Source: an uncultured Pseudomonadales bacterium (GTDB lineage Bacteria; Patescibacteriota; Microgenomatia; UBA1400; RBG-16-45-19). From it: a stretch of 24,957 nt of DNA. Positions 24,243 through 24,957 of the stretch are shown here, in pieces. The translations under genes were made by a program, and so were the position numbers. The notes under the pieces are model-generated. The model ran no database searches and was not told where the DNA came from. It was given only the letters and a program-made list of their open reading frames with translations. The DNA lies in contig CAZVUJ010000001.1 of NCBI GenBank assembly GCA_964630135.1, positions 1 to 24,957 of the forward strand, read 5' to 3'. The first letter of the stretch is position 1. Each line of letters opens with the position of its first letter.

Positions 24243-24890
24243 ATGATTAAGATTCTGCAATTTGCAGTGATATGTATTAATCTGGTGATTTTCGTTGTAA
24301 CGTTTCCGATTATCATTTTGGCAACTAATTCCTTCCTCTCGCTGCAATATGCACTCTTGCCAGGAAGCGTTGATCAAAAAATAAAGGCTCAAGAGTCATT
24401 AGCTGCACTGACATCGTTTAACAATTATACGACTGCAAATAATCTGTTTACTTCAATCAACCAAACTAAGAAAACGCTTCCTCTCTATACTCCGTCAGAG
24501 GTCGACCATTTAGTCGATGTAAAAAAACGCTTTGATGTGGTGCGCTTAGCCGCCATTGTTTCGTTGGTTGTATTGCTGTTTCAGGCTTGCACATTGAAGC
24601 CCAGGGAATTCACCCAATTCACCTACAAAGCGTGCCAGCTGGGCTTACTCATGGTTAGTGCGGCGGGGGTGCTACTACTCATCTCCTGGAACTGGCTTTT
24701 TACTGCGTTCCATGAACTTCTCTTCCCGGCAGGCAATTGGAGTTTTCCCCCAAACAGCGGGCTTATACAGTTGTTTCCGGCAATTTTCTGGTTCCGCTTT
24801 GGCTTTTCATGGATAAGCATGGTTTTGTGTATGTTACTAACTACAACTTTAATTAGTAGAATCATTATCAATCGAACTTCGTCCAATTAA
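24243..24890 (+). CDS. DUF1461/TIGR01906 integral membrane protein (lipoprotein intramolecular transacylase Lit-like)
   Basis: Four TMs; SEVDHLVDVKKRF and FTAFHELLFPAGNWSF...LIQLFPAIFW, the two His-containing family motifs. Confidence 0.82.
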   Translation: MIKILQFAVICINLVIFVVTFPIIILATNSFLSLQYALLPGSVDQKIKAQESLAALTSFNNYTTANNLFTSINQTKKTLPLYTPSEVDHLVDVKKRFDVVRLAAIVSLVVLLFQACTLKPREFTQFTYKACQLGLLMVSAAGVLLLISWNWLFTAFHELLFPAGNWSFPPNSGLIQLFPAIFWFRFGFSWISMVLCMLLTTTLISRIIINRTSSN

Positions 24891-24957
24891 AGAATTTGGT
24901 CTATTTTGGCGGCGAGAATAAAATCGTTTTGATGCAAGCCGCCAATTTTATGTGTGT
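24887..24957 (-). CDS. C-terminal fragment of pterin-4-alpha-carbinolamine dehydratase (runs off the window end)
   Basis: Absent from the ORF track. Minus frame from 24955 reads THKIGGLHQNDFILAAKIDQIL*, matching the THxIxGLxxNDFIxAAKID terminus of PCD/PhhB proteins; its stop overlaps the Lit-like stop. Confidence 0.75.
   Translation of the reverse strand, partial: THKIGGLHQNDFILAAKIDQIL

Noticed and set aside
179-24886. About 45 short alternative-frame and antisense ORFs in the supplied track (e.g. 5166-5537, 7643-8011, 15368-15793, 19336-19704, 22417-22746)
   Set aside because: All lie within longer ORFs that have clear family motifs, and none shows a recognisable motif or RBS; treated as shadow ORFs.
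24906-24945. Inverted repeat TTGGCGGC/GCCGCCAA followed by TTTT as a terminator
   Set aside because: It falls inside the PCD coding fragment (GGC GGC and GCC GCC codons) and has a 24 nt loop.
1-24957. tRNA, rRNA, CRISPR array, prophage or defence genes; TGA recoding (genetic code 25)
   Set aside because: No T-loop/cloverleaf, rRNA signature, spaced direct repeats or phage/defence motifs seen by eye; TGA ends conserved genes at their expected termini (e.g. 3899-3901 and the ATGA overlaps), so the standard code applies.

Overview
A gene-dense 25 kb chromosomal window. The gene style points to a Patescibacteria (CPR) genome of Microgenomates type (inference from Cys-rich Pro/Thr surface proteins, a LytR_C membrane protein, an orphan receiver and a compact housekeeping order; standard genetic code). 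Left half: a 5'-truncated LytR_C membrane protein, a stand-alone response regulator, an L-lactate dehydrogenase, an orphan membrane gene, a DsbA-family oxidoreductase, and greA-lysS-nif3-maf-HD on the + strand, converging on ftsX-ftsE and a conserved hypothetical gene. Right half: an ~11 kb tightly coupled minus-strand run from two Cys-rich surface proteins through GT2, a FAD oxidoreductase, a GT-C-like membrane protein, a HAD-fold protein and GT4 to NUDIX and prfB. An intact 875 bp IS1595-family element (24 bp TIRs, 8 bp target duplication CACATCTT) lies just upstream of that run's promoter, followed by a clan GH-A glycoside hydrolase, a Lit/DUF1461-like membrane protein and the last codons of a pterin-4a-carbinolamine dehydratase. 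Top leads: (1) an LDH with Gly-Arg in place of the NAD-discriminating Asp, suggesting NADP(H) use; (2) a candidate lipid-linked surface-protein glycosylation system encoded with its likely substrates; (3) a four-repeat Trp-rich propeller-like domain inserted inside a disulfide-rich module. No tRNA, rRNA or CRISPR array was seen. All assignments are by eye from motifs; no searches were run.
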